This document shows positions 1 to 9,309 of a stretch of 64,000 bases of DNA, one piece after another. Source of the stretch: an uncultured Bifidobacteriaceae bacterium (GTDB lineage Bacteria; Acidobacteriota; Vicinamibacteria; Vicinamibacterales; UBA2999); assembly GCA_964535675.1 (NCBI GenBank), contig CAZHTD010000007.1, positions 5,701-69,700 of the forward strand. The letters are read 5' to 3'. Numbering within the stretch: position 1 is the stretch's first letter; every line of letters starts with the position of its first letter. A program made the translations under genes and the position numbers. The notes beneath the pieces were generated by a model. That model saw nothing but the letters and a program-made list of their open reading frames with translations. It was not told the DNA's origin and made no database searches.

Positions 1-300
1 TTCCATCGACGTCCCGCGTAGCGGCACGAACGGCACCACGTCGACCGCGCCCATGCGCGGGTGCACGCCGGTGTGCGCTGTGAGGTCGATCGTCGAGACC
101 GCAGCCTCGATCAAGGCGCTGACTGCGGTCTGCAGCGCCGGGTCGTCACCTGCCATCGTGAGCACGATGCGGTTGTGGTCGGGATCGGACGAGACGTCGA
201 GCAGGGCGACGCCATCGACCTTGGCGGCGGCCGCCAGCGCCGACATCACCTCGGGGCGCCGGCCCTCGCTGAGGTTGGGGACGCACTCGATGATGGACAC
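1..300 (-). CDS. glutamate formimidoyltransferase-like protein, N-terminal part (gene runs off the left edge)
   Basis: Not in the ORF track because there is no stop in the window. My minus-strand translation from GTG (298-300) reads VSIIECVPNLSEGRRPEVMSALAAAAKVDGVALLDVSSDPDHNRIVLTMAGDDPALQTAVSALIEAAVSTIDLTAHTGVHPRMGAVDVVPFVPLRGTSME. The IECVPNxSEGR start and HPRxGAxDVxPF are hallmarks of the formiminotransferase N-terminal domain. The start codon is uncertain. Confidence 0.7.
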   Translation of the reverse strand, partial: MSIIECVPNLSEGRRPEVMSALAAAAKVDGVALLDVSSDPDHNRIVLTMAGDDPALQTAVSALIEAAVSTIDLTAHTGVHPRMGAVDVVPFVPLRGTSME

Positions 301-549
301 CAGTACAGTCAGTATCGCACTGCCGCGGCGGATCGCGCCGGGCACTGTGCCGGTAATTCATTGACCCAAAGGAGGTGTTGCCAGACAATCTCACCGTCGT
401 ACGCCTCCGGGCGTGCCGCCCACCCGCATGTCCCATCCGCTGCCCACCGATCCCGTCCGGGGGCTAGGCCTGACGGGCGATGCTGACCGTAGCGCCCGCG
501 TCGCTATTTCGCTGGGCAGTACGAAGACGCCATCAACATCTGGACCCGC

Positions 550-738
550 GTGGCCTTCCTCGGGCGGGGTTACGACCGTGCACGGGCCCACATCGAGCGT
601 GCACGGTGCGCGCTGGCCGAGTACCAGTACGGATCAGACGAGCAGCTGGCGGAGGGTATTGAGGTGTATCACGCCGGGGACGTTGGAGGCGCTCGGGCGT
701 TGCTAGCTGCGGCGCGCCCCACAGGGAGTGCACCATGA
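550..738 (+). CDS. small TPR-like hypothetical protein, possibly the 3' part of a frame-disrupted gene starting at ATG 428
   Basis: ORF track 550..738 (AFLGRGYDRARAHIERARCALAEYQYGSDEQLAEGIEVYHAGDVGGARALL). Its stop overlaps the next start (ATGA at 735-738). Protein-like sequence continues upstream in the same frame (YFAGQYEDAINIWTR) without a start codon, and further upstream in another frame (MSHPLPTDPVRGLGLTGDADRSARVAI from 428). Confidence 0.4.
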   Translation: MAFLGRGYDRARAHIERARCALAEYQYGSDEQLAEGIEVYHAGDVGGARALLAAARPTGSAP

Positions 739-1907
739 AGTGCCTCAAGTGCGGCTATCTCGGGTTCAAGACCGGCAGCCGCTGCGTGAACTGCGGCTTC
801 GATTTCTCGCTGCTCGTTGCCAGCGATGAGGTTACCCTCGAACGCTCCGCTGATCCCGCACTCGCGTCCGACGCCGACTGGTTCCAGGAGATGGACGAGA
901 GCCTCGGCCGATCCCGCGACTTGGATGCGACCGATACGCCAATCGACCACGAGCTGCAACACTTGGTACCGAGATCCGACGAGGAGACCGCCACGATGTC
1001 CCGCTGGTCGTCAGCGGCGCCTGAACGGACCCACGCATCGACCGCAGAGCCCACGACCGTGGTGAACCCGCACGCGGTTCCCCGCGAGCCCACGGCGGCG
1101 TCGCCCATCGCTGGACGCGAGGAGACTAGGCCCCGCGAGACGACGCCCCCCGTCCCCGATGACGGGGCGTCGCATCCCGCGGATCCGGACGAAGGCGCCG
1201 ATCCGTCCGCACCGGTCCAGAGGGTGGAGCCGGACGCAGAGTCGCCCCAGCGACCGACCGCAACCCTCCTGCCCTTGTTCAGAGACGGTGGCGACCTGCC
1301 GGGGCGACTCCGCGCGCAGCCCCGGGCACCCCTAGCGGTTCGCCGGACTCCCCACGCAGGGACGGGGCCTGCACGACACGCCCACGCCGAGGGTTTCGAA
1401 CCCGGGCAGCCGGCACGGCCCTCGACCGAGTTTCCACGACCGGATCGCGAGGGGGGGGAGGCTGCCACGCCCGCGCGACCGCGGCAGTCTGCCGCGGTGC
1501 CCTCGAAGCGCATATTTGCGGCGGTGCTCGACCTCGTCCTGTTGGTCGCGGTCTCGGCCCTCGTGGTGGCCTTGACATTGCGGATGCTCGAGTTGCCCTT
1601 GACGTCGTGGCGGCAGTTGCCGGTGGCGCCGATGGCGGGCTTTTTGGCCCTGCTCGCGTTCGTGTACGCCGCTGCCTTTACGGCGATCGGTGGCCAGACA
1701 ATTGGCATGATGGCCGCGGGTGTGCGCGTAGTGCGGGCGAGTGGCGATTCGCCGGGGGCCGCGGTCGCGGTTCGGCGAACCCTAGCCGGCGTGGTCACGC
1801 TAGCAACGCTCGGCCTCGGATTCCTCCCGGCCCTGTTCGGCTCGAGGCGGCTGGCGCTGCACGACCGTGTCACTGGCACACGCGTCGTGGACGATCACTC
1901 GTCGTGA
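735..1907 (+). CDS. RDD-family membrane protein with an N-terminal zinc ribbon and a long Pro/Ala/Arg-rich linker
   Basis: ORF track 390 aa. The N-terminus is MKCLKCGYLGFKTGSRCVNCGFDF (CxxC-N13-CxxC). The C-terminal hydrophobic block ends in LHDRVTGTRVV, which is typical of RDD domains. Confidence 0.8.
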   Translation: MKCLKCGYLGFKTGSRCVNCGFDFSLLVASDEVTLERSADPALASDADWFQEMDESLGRSRDLDATDTPIDHELQHLVPRSDEETATMSRWSSAAPERTHASTAEPTTVVNPHAVPREPTAASPIAGREETRPRETTPPVPDDGASHPADPDEGADPSAPVQRVEPDAESPQRPTATLLPLFRDGGDLPGRLRAQPRAPLAVRRTPHAGTGPARHAHAEGFEPGQPARPSTEFPRPDREGGEAATPARPRQSAAVPSKRIFAAVLDLVLLVAVSALVVALTLRMLELPLTSWRQLPVAPMAGFLALLAFVYAAAFTAIGGQTIGMMAAGVRVVRASGDSPGAAVAVRRTLAGVVTLATLGLGFLPALFGSRRLALHDRVTGTRVVDDHSS

Positions 1908-2401
1908 GCGACTCCGGCGGCGCTCCCGGCAGCTGGTACGGACAGCTCGGTGTGTTCGTGGCCACCTGCGCATGGGTCGGGTACGCGCCCGTAGCGCCGG
2001 GCACCTTCGGCTCGCTCGCCGGCCTTGTGGTGTATGCAGGGCTGCGGGCGGTGGGCTCGCTGGTGGCCGAACTCGCGATGATCGCCGTGCTGTTGGCCGT
2101 GGGCATCTGGAGCAGCAGTGTCGCCGAGCGGCACTTCGGTCACACTGACCCCGGCCACGTGGTGATTGACGAGGTGGTAGGCATGCTCGTCACGCTGGCC
2201 CTGATGCCCGTGGGCCCGGGCGGCGTGGTGGCGGCGTTCTTCGTCTTCCGCGTGCTCGACATCGTGAAGCCCTGGCCGGCACGCCGACTCGAGCGACTCC
2301 AAGGCGGGCTGGGGATCATGGCCGACGATGTGATGGCGGGCCTCTACGGCAACCTGATTGTGCGTGGCCTCTTGCTGGCTGCGCCGGGGTGGATGGGATG
2401 A
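1904..2401 (+). CDS. pgpA: phosphatidylglycerophosphatase A
   Basis: C-terminal 165 aa of ORF 1607..2401: GYAPVAPGTFGSLAG...IDEVVGM...FRVLDIVKPWPARRLE...GIMADDVMAGLY. Start moved to in-frame GTG 1904, a GTGA overlap with the upstream stop at 1905-1907. Confidence 0.85.
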   Translation: MSDSGGAPGSWYGQLGVFVATCAWVGYAPVAPGTFGSLAGLVVYAGLRAVGSLVAELAMIAVLLAVGIWSSSVAERHFGHTDPGHVVIDEVVGMLVTLALMPVGPGGVVAAFFVFRVLDIVKPWPARRLERLQGGLGIMADDVMAGLYGNLIVRGLLLAAPGWMG

Positions 2402-3657
2402 CGCCATTGAGGCGGGCTGCCATCCTGGCGGTCGGGACCGATCTGCTCACGCCAGCCCGGGTCGATACCAACTCGCTCCACATTACCGAGCAGCTCAATC
2501 GGATCGGGCTGGACGTCGTGTTCAAGTCGGTCGTCGGCGACGATCGGGCGGTGCTGGTGCACGCCCTGCGCGACGCGCTGGCACGTGTCGACCTAGTAGT
2601 GTGCAGCGGGGGGCTCGGACCCGCCGCCGACGACGTCACGCGCGACGCGGCGGCCGAGGTGCTCGGCCGCCGGATGCAGCGCGAGGAAGCACTGGCAGCC
2701 CGCATTCAGCAGCGGTTCGAGTCGCGCGGGCTGTCGATGCCAGAGATGAACCTGCGGCAGGCGATGGTGCCAGAGGGCGCTGAGTTGCTGACAAACCGGG
2801 CCGGTACCGCGCCGGGGTTGTGGATCGAGGACGGGGACTGCGTGCTGCTGCTGTTGCCGGGTCCGCTTCGCGAGCTGACGCCGATGCTTGAGGAGGCCGT
2901 CCGCGATCGCCTTGTGCGGCGCGCTGGGAGCCTGACACTGCGGCGTCGCATCATCCGTGTGACTGGCCGCACTGAGGCACACACCGAGGATGCCATCCAG
3001 TCGCTGTACGACGGGTGGGCCGGCGCGCCCGTGCCGGTCGCTGTCACCATCCTGTCGTCGCTGGGGCAGATCGAGGTGCATTTGTCGGCCCGGGCGGCCA
3101 CCGCGAACGCGGCCGGCCGCGCGCTCGACGCGGCCGTCGCGGCCGTCGCGGCCAAGCTCGGCCCCGATGCCTACAGTTCGGATGGTCGCACGATGGAGCA
3201 GGTTGTTGGCGATCTGCTGCTGGCGTGTGGGTGGCGGGTCGGCGTTGCCGAGTCGTGCACCGGTGGGTTGATCACCTCAAGACTGACCGATGTCCCGGGG
3301 AGCTCGCGCTACGTGGACCGCTCAGTGGTTACCTACAGCGACGAGGCGAAGACGGCGCTGCTCGGCGTCGCGCCGGATCTGATCGCCACGCGCGGCGCGG
3401 TCAGCGAAGAGGTGGCCGTGGCTATGGCCGAGGGGATCCGAACCCGCGGCCACGTCGATCTGGGCATCGGCGTGACAGGTATTGCGGGCCCCGGCGGTGG
3501 CACTGCGGACAAGCCTGTGGGCACGGTTGCTGTCGCCGTCTCGTCCCCCGACGGGCTACGCTCGCGCCTCCACTGGTTCGACGGCGAGCGAGCCGTGGTG
3601 AAGATCCAGGCGGCACACGCCGCGCTGAATCTTGCCCGCCTGCTGCTGCTCGACTGA
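2398..3657 (+). CDS. cinA: CinA-family protein (MoCF-like domain plus nicotinamide-nucleotide amidase PncC domain)
   Basis: ORF 2389..3657: AILAVGTDLLTPARVDTNSLHITEQLNRIGLDV... and a C-terminal VAESCTGGLITSRLTDVPGSS...GIAGPGGGT. ATG 2398 forms an ATGA overlap with the pgpA stop. Confidence 0.85.
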   Translation: MTPLRRAAILAVGTDLLTPARVDTNSLHITEQLNRIGLDVVFKSVVGDDRAVLVHALRDALARVDLVVCSGGLGPAADDVTRDAAAEVLGRRMQREEALAARIQQRFESRGLSMPEMNLRQAMVPEGAELLTNRAGTAPGLWIEDGDCVLLLLPGPLRELTPMLEEAVRDRLVRRAGSLTLRRRIIRVTGRTEAHTEDAIQSLYDGWAGAPVPVAVTILSSLGQIEVHLSARAATANAAGRALDAAVAAVAAKLGPDAYSSDGRTMEQVVGDLLLACGWRVGVAESCTGGLITSRLTDVPGSSRYVDRSVVTYSDEAKTALLGVAPDLIATRGAVSEEVAVAMAEGIRTRGHVDLGIGVTGIAGPGGGTADKPVGTVAVAVSSPDGLRSRLHWFDGERAVVKIQAAHAALNLARLLLLD

Positions 3658-3677
3658 GAAGGTACACTGAGCGTTCC

Positions 3678-4298
3678 ATGCGCTTGCTCGACATCGGGAT
3701 GATCGCGGCAGCCTATGGCTTCGGCTCGATTCCGTTCGCCTTCCTGCTAGCGCGCTGGTGCGGGATCGACCTCCGCCGCGTCGGCAGCGGCAACGTCGGC
3801 GCGAGCAACGTCCTGCGTGCCGCTGGCGCGCGGTGTGCGGTGGCCGCGCTGGCCCTCGACGCAATGAAGGGCGCCGTCGCGGTCCTTGTGGCAGCGCGCC
3901 TGACGGGCGGGACGGCAACCCCGGTGGCCGCCGGGCTGGTGTCGATCCTCGGGCACGTCTATCCGGTCTGGCTTGGCTTTCGGGGTGGGAAGGGCGTGGC
4001 CACCTCAGCGGGGGTCTTCGCCGTGCTGGCGCCGACATCGTTCGCGGTCGCGGCTGTGGCTTTTCTGGCGACCGTGTGGGTGACGCGTTACCTGTCGGTC
4101 GGCTCGCTGGTGGGCTCGGTCGCCCTCGTCGTCTCGACGATCGTGAGCGAAACGCTCAGCGTGGCAGTCGCCGCCGCGGCGGCGGCGACCGTCGTGATGT
4201 ACCAGCACCGCACGAACGTTTCGCGCCTGCGGGCCGGTACCGAACGGAGCGTCGGGTTCCGGCTGTCGCGGGCCGCTACCGAGGCCGACGGCGACTGA
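3678..4298 (+). CDS. plsY: glycerol-3-phosphate acyltransferase PlsY
   Basis: C-terminal 206 aa of ORF 3015..4298: MRLLDIGMIAAAYGFGSIPFAFLLARWCGIDLRRVGSGNVGASNVLR...HVYPVWLGFRGGKGVAT. The upstream part of the ORF is Arg/Gly junk that overlaps cinA. Confidence 0.9.
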   Translation: MRLLDIGMIAAAYGFGSIPFAFLLARWCGIDLRRVGSGNVGASNVLRAAGARCAVAALALDAMKGAVAVLVAARLTGGTATPVAAGLVSILGHVYPVWLGFRGGKGVATSAGVFAVLAPTSFAVAAVAFLATVWVTRYLSVGSLVGSVALVVSTIVSETLSVAVAAAAAATVVMYQHRTNVSRLRAGTERSVGFRLSRAATEADGD

Positions 4299-4302
4299 TC
4301 CG

Positions 4303-5313
4303 ATGATGACGACGATGCGCAAGGTCTGCGTCCTTGGGTGTGGCAGTTGGGGCACAGCTTTGGCGGTGCACCTGAAGCGCGTCGGGCATTGCACCCGGCT
4401 GTGGGGACGGGATCCGGCGCTGGTCGGCGAACTGCGTGCGGCGCGTGTGAATGCGGCCTATTTGCCAGACGTTCCCTTGCCAGCGGGGCTCGAGATCGCC
4501 GCCGACCTGCCAGCGGCGCTCGAGGGTGCCACATGCGTTGTAGCTGCCGTGCCGAGCCACGGCGTTCGCGAGGTACTGAGGCGTGCCCGGCCCCACGTGT
4601 CGGCACGGCCGACGGTCGTCAGCGCCGCTAAGGGTCTCGAGCAGGGCTCCCTCTTTCGTGTCTCCGAAATCATCGAGCAGGAATGGGGCACGGCGCCCCA
4701 GGTTGCAGTGTTGTCGGGCCCGAGCTTCGCGCGCGAGCTGGCTCGCGAGCTGCCGACGGCCGTGTCGGTGGCCTCGCGCGATTCGGAGACGGTGGCCGCG
4801 GTCCAGAAGGGCTTCCGAGCTCCGTACTTCCGCCTCTATGGCACTGGGGACGTTGTGGGTGTGGAGCTCGGCGGGGCCCTGAAGAATGTCATCGCCATCG
4901 CGGCCGGTGCGGCCGAGGGGCTGGGGCTTGGCGAGAGCGCGCGGGCGGGCCTTATCACCCGTGGCCTTGCCGAGATCACCCGGCTGGCCTGTGCGGCAGG
5001 CGCGTCGCGCGAGACCCTGGCGGGCCTGACCGGGCTCGGGGACCTCGTGCTAACCTGCACCGGGGCGCTCAGTCGCAACCGGCGCGTCGGGGTCGAGCTC
5101 GGTCGCGGGCGTTCCCTCCCCGATATTCTGGCGGGCATGCGTATGGTGGCCGAGGGCGTGCGTACGGCCGAGGCGGCGCTCGCGCTGGCTGACCGCTACG
5201 GCGTCGAACTGCCGATCACCACCCAGGTGAGGGCGCTGCTTGCCGGGCACACCGATCCGCGAACGGCGCTCGAGGAACTGATGCTCCGTCCCCAGCGCGC
5301 CGAGGTTGGGTAG
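4303..5313 (+). CDS. gpsA: NAD(P)H-dependent glycerol-3-phosphate dehydrogenase
   Basis: ORF track: KVCVLGCGSWGTALAVHL...NAAYLPDVPLP...GALKNVIAIAAG...GDLVLTCTGALSRNRRVG. Confidence 0.9.
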   Translation: MMTTMRKVCVLGCGSWGTALAVHLKRVGHCTRLWGRDPALVGELRAARVNAAYLPDVPLPAGLEIAADLPAALEGATCVVAAVPSHGVREVLRRARPHVSARPTVVSAAKGLEQGSLFRVSEIIEQEWGTAPQVAVLSGPSFARELARELPTAVSVASRDSETVAAVQKGFRAPYFRLYGTGDVVGVELGGALKNVIAIAAGAAEGLGLGESARAGLITRGLAEITRLACAAGASRETLAGLTGLGDLVLTCTGALSRNRRVGVELGRGRSLPDILAGMRMVAEGVRTAEAALALADRYGVELPITTQVRALLAGHTDPRTALEELMLRPQRAEVG

Positions 5314-5322
5314 GGCGGCCAA

Positions 5323-6240
5323 GTGGAACTGCTCGATCGACTGCGCGCGGGTCTCGACCGCACCGTCGAGCGCCTGTCAGGTCGGTTCGACGAACTGGCG
5401 CGGACGGCCGACGCCGAACGCACATGCGGTGAGGCGGTCGACGTCGACACGATCGAGGTGCTGGAGGAGTTGCTGCTCTCAGCTGACGTCGGCGTGGCCG
5501 CCACCGAGGCGGTGGTGTCGGCAATCTGCGATCGAGTCGGGCAGGGCACCAGCCTGCGCGACCTGGTGCTTGAGGAGCTGCGTGGCGTGTTTGACGTCGT
5601 GGAGCCGGGCCACGCCGTGCCTGAGGTCATCCTGATCGTCGGCGTCAACGGAACGGGTAAGACCACGACCGTCGGCAAGCTGGCCAGCCTGTTGAAGGCC
5701 AAGGGGCGCACCCCACTGGTCTGCGCCGCCGACACGTTCCGGGCCGCTGCCGTCGAGCAGCTCGCGGTCTGGGCGGGGCGCGCCGGCGTGGAGCTCGTGC
5801 AGGCTGCTGAAGGACGCGATCCCGCCTCGGTCGTCTTCGATGCCGTCACGCGGGGTGTCGATCAGGGGTGCGATCCGATCCTCGTAGACACGGCGGGCCG
5901 CCTGCACACCCGGGTGAACCTGATGCACGAGCTGAAGAAGATCCGACGCGTGGCGGGCCGCGCATTGCCCGGCGCGCCGCACGAGGTCTGGCTGGTGCTC
6001 GACGCGACCGTGGGGCAGAATGGGCTGGTGCAGGCGAAGGAGTTCATGACGGCTGCCGGCGTGACTGGCGTCGTGCTGACCAAGCTGGACGGGACGGCAA
6101 AAGGCGGCATCGCGGTCGCGATCGCCAACGACCTGCGGCTACCCATCCGCTATGTGGGCGTCGGGGAGGGTGTCGACGACCTGCTTCCGTTCTCGCCGGA
6201 TGACTATCTCGAAGCGCTGTTCCGGAAGACGACATGGTAG
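5323..6240 (+). CDS. ftsY: signal recognition particle receptor FtsY (short form)
   Basis: ORF track: ILIVGVNGTGKTTTVGKLA...VCAADTFRAAAVEQL...ILVDTAGRLH...VLTKLDGTAKGG. Confidence 0.9.
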   Translation: MELLDRLRAGLDRTVERLSGRFDELARTADAERTCGEAVDVDTIEVLEELLLSADVGVAATEAVVSAICDRVGQGTSLRDLVLEELRGVFDVVEPGHAVPEVILIVGVNGTGKTTTVGKLASLLKAKGRTPLVCAADTFRAAAVEQLAVWAGRAGVELVQAAEGRDPASVVFDAVTRGVDQGCDPILVDTAGRLHTRVNLMHELKKIRRVAGRALPGAPHEVWLVLDATVGQNGLVQAKEFMTAAGVTGVVLTKLDGTAKGGIAVAIANDLRLPIRYVGVGEGVDDLLPFSPDDYLEALFRKTTW

Positions 6241-7328
6241 ACGCGACCGACGCGCAATGGATCCGCAAGGCTTTGACGCTGGCAGAGCAGAAGGGGGGGC
6301 GCACGGTGCCGAACCCGCTGGTGGGCGCCTGCGTCGTGACCGCTGGGGGCGAGTTGGTCGGCACAGGTGTTACGGCTCCGGCGGGCGGGCCGCACGCCGA
6401 GGTGCGGGCAATCGAGACGGCCGGTGACCACGCCCGGGGCGCCACGCTCTACTGCACCCTCGAGCCGTGCGCGCACGTGGGCCGCACTGGGCCGTGCACT
6501 GACCGGATCATCGCGGCGGGCATCTCGCGTGTTGTCGCATCGATGTGCGATCCGTTTCCGCTGGTTTGCGGCTGGGGGTTCGAGGTGCTGCGCTCGCACG
6601 GTATCGCGGTGGAGGTCGGCGAAGGCCACGATGCGGCCATGCGGCTCAATCGCGGTTACTTTCGGGCCATCGAGGAGCGGCGCCCGTTCGTCGTGCTCAA
6701 GGCTGCTGCCAGCCTCGACGGCCGGATCGCGGCCCGCGAGGGCGTGCGAACACGGCTGACTTCGGAGGAGGCCAACCGCCACGTACACCGGGACCGCGCA
6801 CAGGTCGACGGGATTGCGGTGGGGTCGGGCACCGTGCTCGTCGACGATCCCCTGCTCACGGCGCGTGGTGTCACGTGCCTGCGGCCGCCCTCGCGCGTAG
6901 TCTTCGATCGACGCCTGCGGACGCCGGACACAGCCCGCCTGTTGTCGACGCTTGCCACGGGCCCGGTCATCGTACTGACGTCGCCCGAGGCGCTCGCGGC
7001 TTGGCCGGCCCGCCTGAAGGCGCTTGAGCGCGCGCGCGCGACGGTGCTCGCGGTCGAGGACGGTAGTGTGGCCGCCGGGCTGCGGGCGCTGGTGCCGCGC
7101 GGTATTCACAGCTTGGTCCTCGAGGGAGGCGCCGAGTTACACCGGGCGGCGTGGAACGAGCACGTAGTTGACTTCGTGAGCCTGTACATCGCGCCGATGG
7201 TGCTTGGCGAGCAGGGCGTGTCGCTGCTCGGCGGGTGCGGTCTGCCGCTGTCGGCGCTCGATGACATGCACGTCGAGGCGCTCGGGCCGGACGTGCTGAT
7301 CGAGGGCCATGTTCACTGGACTCATTGA
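6234..7328 (+). CDS. ribD: bifunctional riboflavin biosynthesis deaminase/reductase RibD
   Basis: ORF track: PNPLVGACVV...HAEVRAI...TLYCTLEPCAHVGRTGPC, then the reductase half KAAASLDGRIA. Overlaps the ftsY stop by 7 nt. Confidence 0.9.
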   Translation: MVDATDAQWIRKALTLAEQKGGRTVPNPLVGACVVTAGGELVGTGVTAPAGGPHAEVRAIETAGDHARGATLYCTLEPCAHVGRTGPCTDRIIAAGISRVVASMCDPFPLVCGWGFEVLRSHGIAVEVGEGHDAAMRLNRGYFRAIEERRPFVVLKAAASLDGRIAAREGVRTRLTSEEANRHVHRDRAQVDGIAVGSGTVLVDDPLLTARGVTCLRPPSRVVFDRRLRTPDTARLLSTLATGPVIVLTSPEALAAWPARLKALERARATVLAVEDGSVAAGLRALVPRGIHSLVLEGGAELHRAAWNEHVVDFVSLYIAPMVLGEQGVSLLGGCGLPLSALDDMHVEALGPDVLIEGHVHWTH

Positions 7329-7941
7329 GGCGATCGGTATTGTGAAGGATGCGCCGCTGACATCAGGCGGGACGCCCGCGCTCGTGGTGCAGTCGGGATA
7401 TCAGGGTCTGCAGTCCGGTGAGAGCGTGGCCGTCAACGGCGTATGCCTCACGGTGGTGGCCGCGGACGGGGATACGCTGCGCATGGATATCGGCCCTGAG
7501 ACGGCGCGAGTGACAACACTGGGCGATCTCTGGCCGGGCGCGCGCGTAAACCTCGAGCGGGCGATGCTGGCCGATGGCCGGTTTGGTGGCCACTTGGTTC
7601 AGGGGCATGTGGACGGAGTGGGCGTCGTCGACGAGATTCGGGACAAGGACTGGGCGCGGTGGATCAGCCTCCGATACCCCCAGGCGCTGGCTCCGTTCCT
7701 GATCCATCGGGGTGCCGTGGCGGTGGACGGCGTTAGCCTGACTGTGGCGAGGCTCGACGAGGAGCGTTTTGACGTGATGGTTGTGCCCTTCACCTGGACA
7801 CATACCAACCTATCGCGCTTGGCAGCAGGTGATCGCGTGAACCTCGAGTGCGACATGGTCGGCAAGTACGTGGTGCGAGCCCTCCAGACCACTCGACGTG
7901 ACCTGACCGGGGCCGACGTTGCGAAGACGCAGGAACCATGA
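7309..7941 (+). CDS. ribE: riboflavin synthase alpha chain
   Basis: ORF track: [10 protein letters not shown]...[11 protein letters not shown]...[10 protein letters not shown]...[12 protein letters not shown] (duplicated lumazine-binding repeats). Confidence 0.9.
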   Translation: MFTGLIEAIGIVKDAPLTSGGTPALVVQSGYQGLQSGESVAVNGVCLTVVAADGDTLRMDIGPETARVTTLGDLWPGARVNLERAMLADGRFGGHLVQGHVDGVGVVDEIRDKDWARWISLRYPQALAPFLIHRGAVAVDGVSLTVARLDEERFDVMVVPFTWTHTNLSRLAAGDRVNLECDMVGKYVVRALQTTRRDLTGADVAKTQEP

Positions 7942-9185
7942 CCGGTAAGATTCGCATCGCGAAGGGCGCCCGCAGCCCCAAGACACCGTTCGCCTCGATC
8001 GAAGACGCTCTGGCTGTTATTCGCGAGGGGCGTATGATTGTCGTCGTCGACGACGAAGATCGCGAGAACGAAGGCGATCTCACCATCGCAGCCGAGAAGG
8101 TGACGCCGGAAGTCATCAACTTCATGGCGCGCTACGGCCGCGGGCTCATCTGCATGCCGATGACCGGCGAGCGTCTCGACGAGCTTGAGGTGCCGCTGAT
8201 GGTCCAACGGAACACGACGACCTTCAGCACGGCCTTCTGCGTGTCGATCGAGGCTAAGCAGCACGTCAGCACTGGCATCTCAGCAGCCGACCGCGCGGCC
8301 ACCGTGCAGGCGGCAATCGCGAAAGGGACGCGGCCAGCTGACCTTGCGCGGCCCGGGCACATGTTCCCGTTGCGGGCTCGCAAGGGCGGGGTCCTGGTCC
8401 GTGCGGGCCAGACCGAGGCGGCTGTCGACCTAGCCCGGATTGCGGGGCTGTACCCGGCCGGCGTGATCTGCGAAATCATGAACGAGGACGGCACGATGGC
8501 CCGCGTGCCCCAGCTCACCCGGTTCGCGAAGAAACACGACATCCCGATGATCACCATCGCGGACCTGATCCAGTACCGGATGCGCACCGAGCGCTTGGTG
8601 ACGCGTGTCGCCAACGCTACTCTGCCGACCGCACACGGCGGCTTCCGCATCATCGCCTACGAGAACCGCGTCGATGCCCAGACGCACGTAGCACTGGTGC
8701 GGGGCCAGATCGGGAGTGGCGGGGACGTGCTCGTACGCGTGCACTCGAAGTGCCTGACCGGTGACGTGTTCCACTCGGCGCGGTGCGACTGCGGCCCCCA
8801 GCTCAAGGCGGCGATGGGCCGCATCGCGCAGGAGGGCCGGGGTGTGCTGCTCTACCTCAACCAGGAGGGGCGCGGCATCGGCCTCGCCAACAAGCTCCGT
8901 GCGTATGAGCTGCAGGACCAGGGTCTGGATACGGTCGAGGCCAACGAGCAACTCGGCTTCAAGGCCGACCAGCGCGATTACGGCATCGGCGCCCAGATCC
9001 TGACCGACCTGGGTGTCCGCACCATGCGCCTGCTGACCAACAATCCACGGAAGTTCGTGGGCCTGCAGGGGTACGGGCTGTCGATTTCCGAGGTCTTGCC
9101 GCTGGAGATCCCCGCCTCGAGCCACACCCGGCGGTATCTCAAGACCAAGAAGGACAAGCTGGGCCACAAGCTGTCCTCGGTGTAG
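7938..9185 (+). CDS. ribBA: bifunctional 3,4-dihydroxy-2-butanone-4-phosphate synthase / GTP cyclohydrolase II
   Basis: ORF track: [19 protein letters not shown]...GHMFPLRA... then [24 protein letters not shown]...[16 protein letters not shown] overlap with ribE. Confidence 0.9.
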   Translation: MTGKIRIAKGARSPKTPFASIEDALAVIREGRMIVVVDDEDRENEGDLTIAAEKVTPEVINFMARYGRGLICMPMTGERLDELEVPLMVQRNTTTFSTAFCVSIEAKQHVSTGISAADRAATVQAAIAKGTRPADLARPGHMFPLRARKGGVLVRAGQTEAAVDLARIAGLYPAGVICEIMNEDGTMARVPQLTRFAKKHDIPMITIADLIQYRMRTERLVTRVANATLPTAHGGFRIIAYENRVDAQTHVALVRGQIGSGGDVLVRVHSKCLTGDVFHSARCDCGPQLKAAMGRIAQEGRGVLLYLNQEGRGIGLANKLRAYELQDQGLDTVEANEQLGFKADQRDYGIGAQILTDLGVRTMRLLTNNPRKFVGLQGYGLSISEVLPLEIPASSHTRRYLKTKKDKLGHKLSSV

Positions 9186-9309
9186 CCGGGGCAGCTTGCC
9201 GCGACGGGTGACCCTGCCGTAAGATGACTGTTTGCGTCCGTTGGGCATAGCGGATCAAGGACCAACCGGGCCCTAGGTGCAAGGCCCCGCACGCAGGGGC
9301 TGAGCGGTC

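Noticed and set aside
755-1879. Long antisense ORF (374 aa) opposite the RDD gene. Similar long shadow ORFs occur at 12454..13728(-), 30397..31863(+), 35391..37046(+), 41755..42861(-), 54267..55013(+), 55033..55896(-), 56934..58124(-) and 59721..61001(-).
   Set aside because: Their Arg/Pro/Gly/Ser-rich, low-complexity translations are typical of out-of-frame or antisense reading in high-G+C DNA. Each lies opposite a gene with clear family motifs, and some span several real genes.
3015-3677. N-terminal extensions of track ORFs, running upstream of the starts I chose. Affected ORFs are 1607, 3015, 11838, 14488, 15215, 17072..18286, 19011, 22959, 33678, 40009, 43751..45580, 45503 and 56301.
   Set aside because: The extended parts overlap the preceding gene or a divergent gene, have junk-like composition, and end at an in-frame start codon placed at an ATGA/GTGA overlap or at the point where family-typical N-termini begin.
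6150-6240. An FMN riboswitch preceding ribD.
   Set aside because: ribD overlaps the 3' end of ftsY, so there is no non-coding leader.
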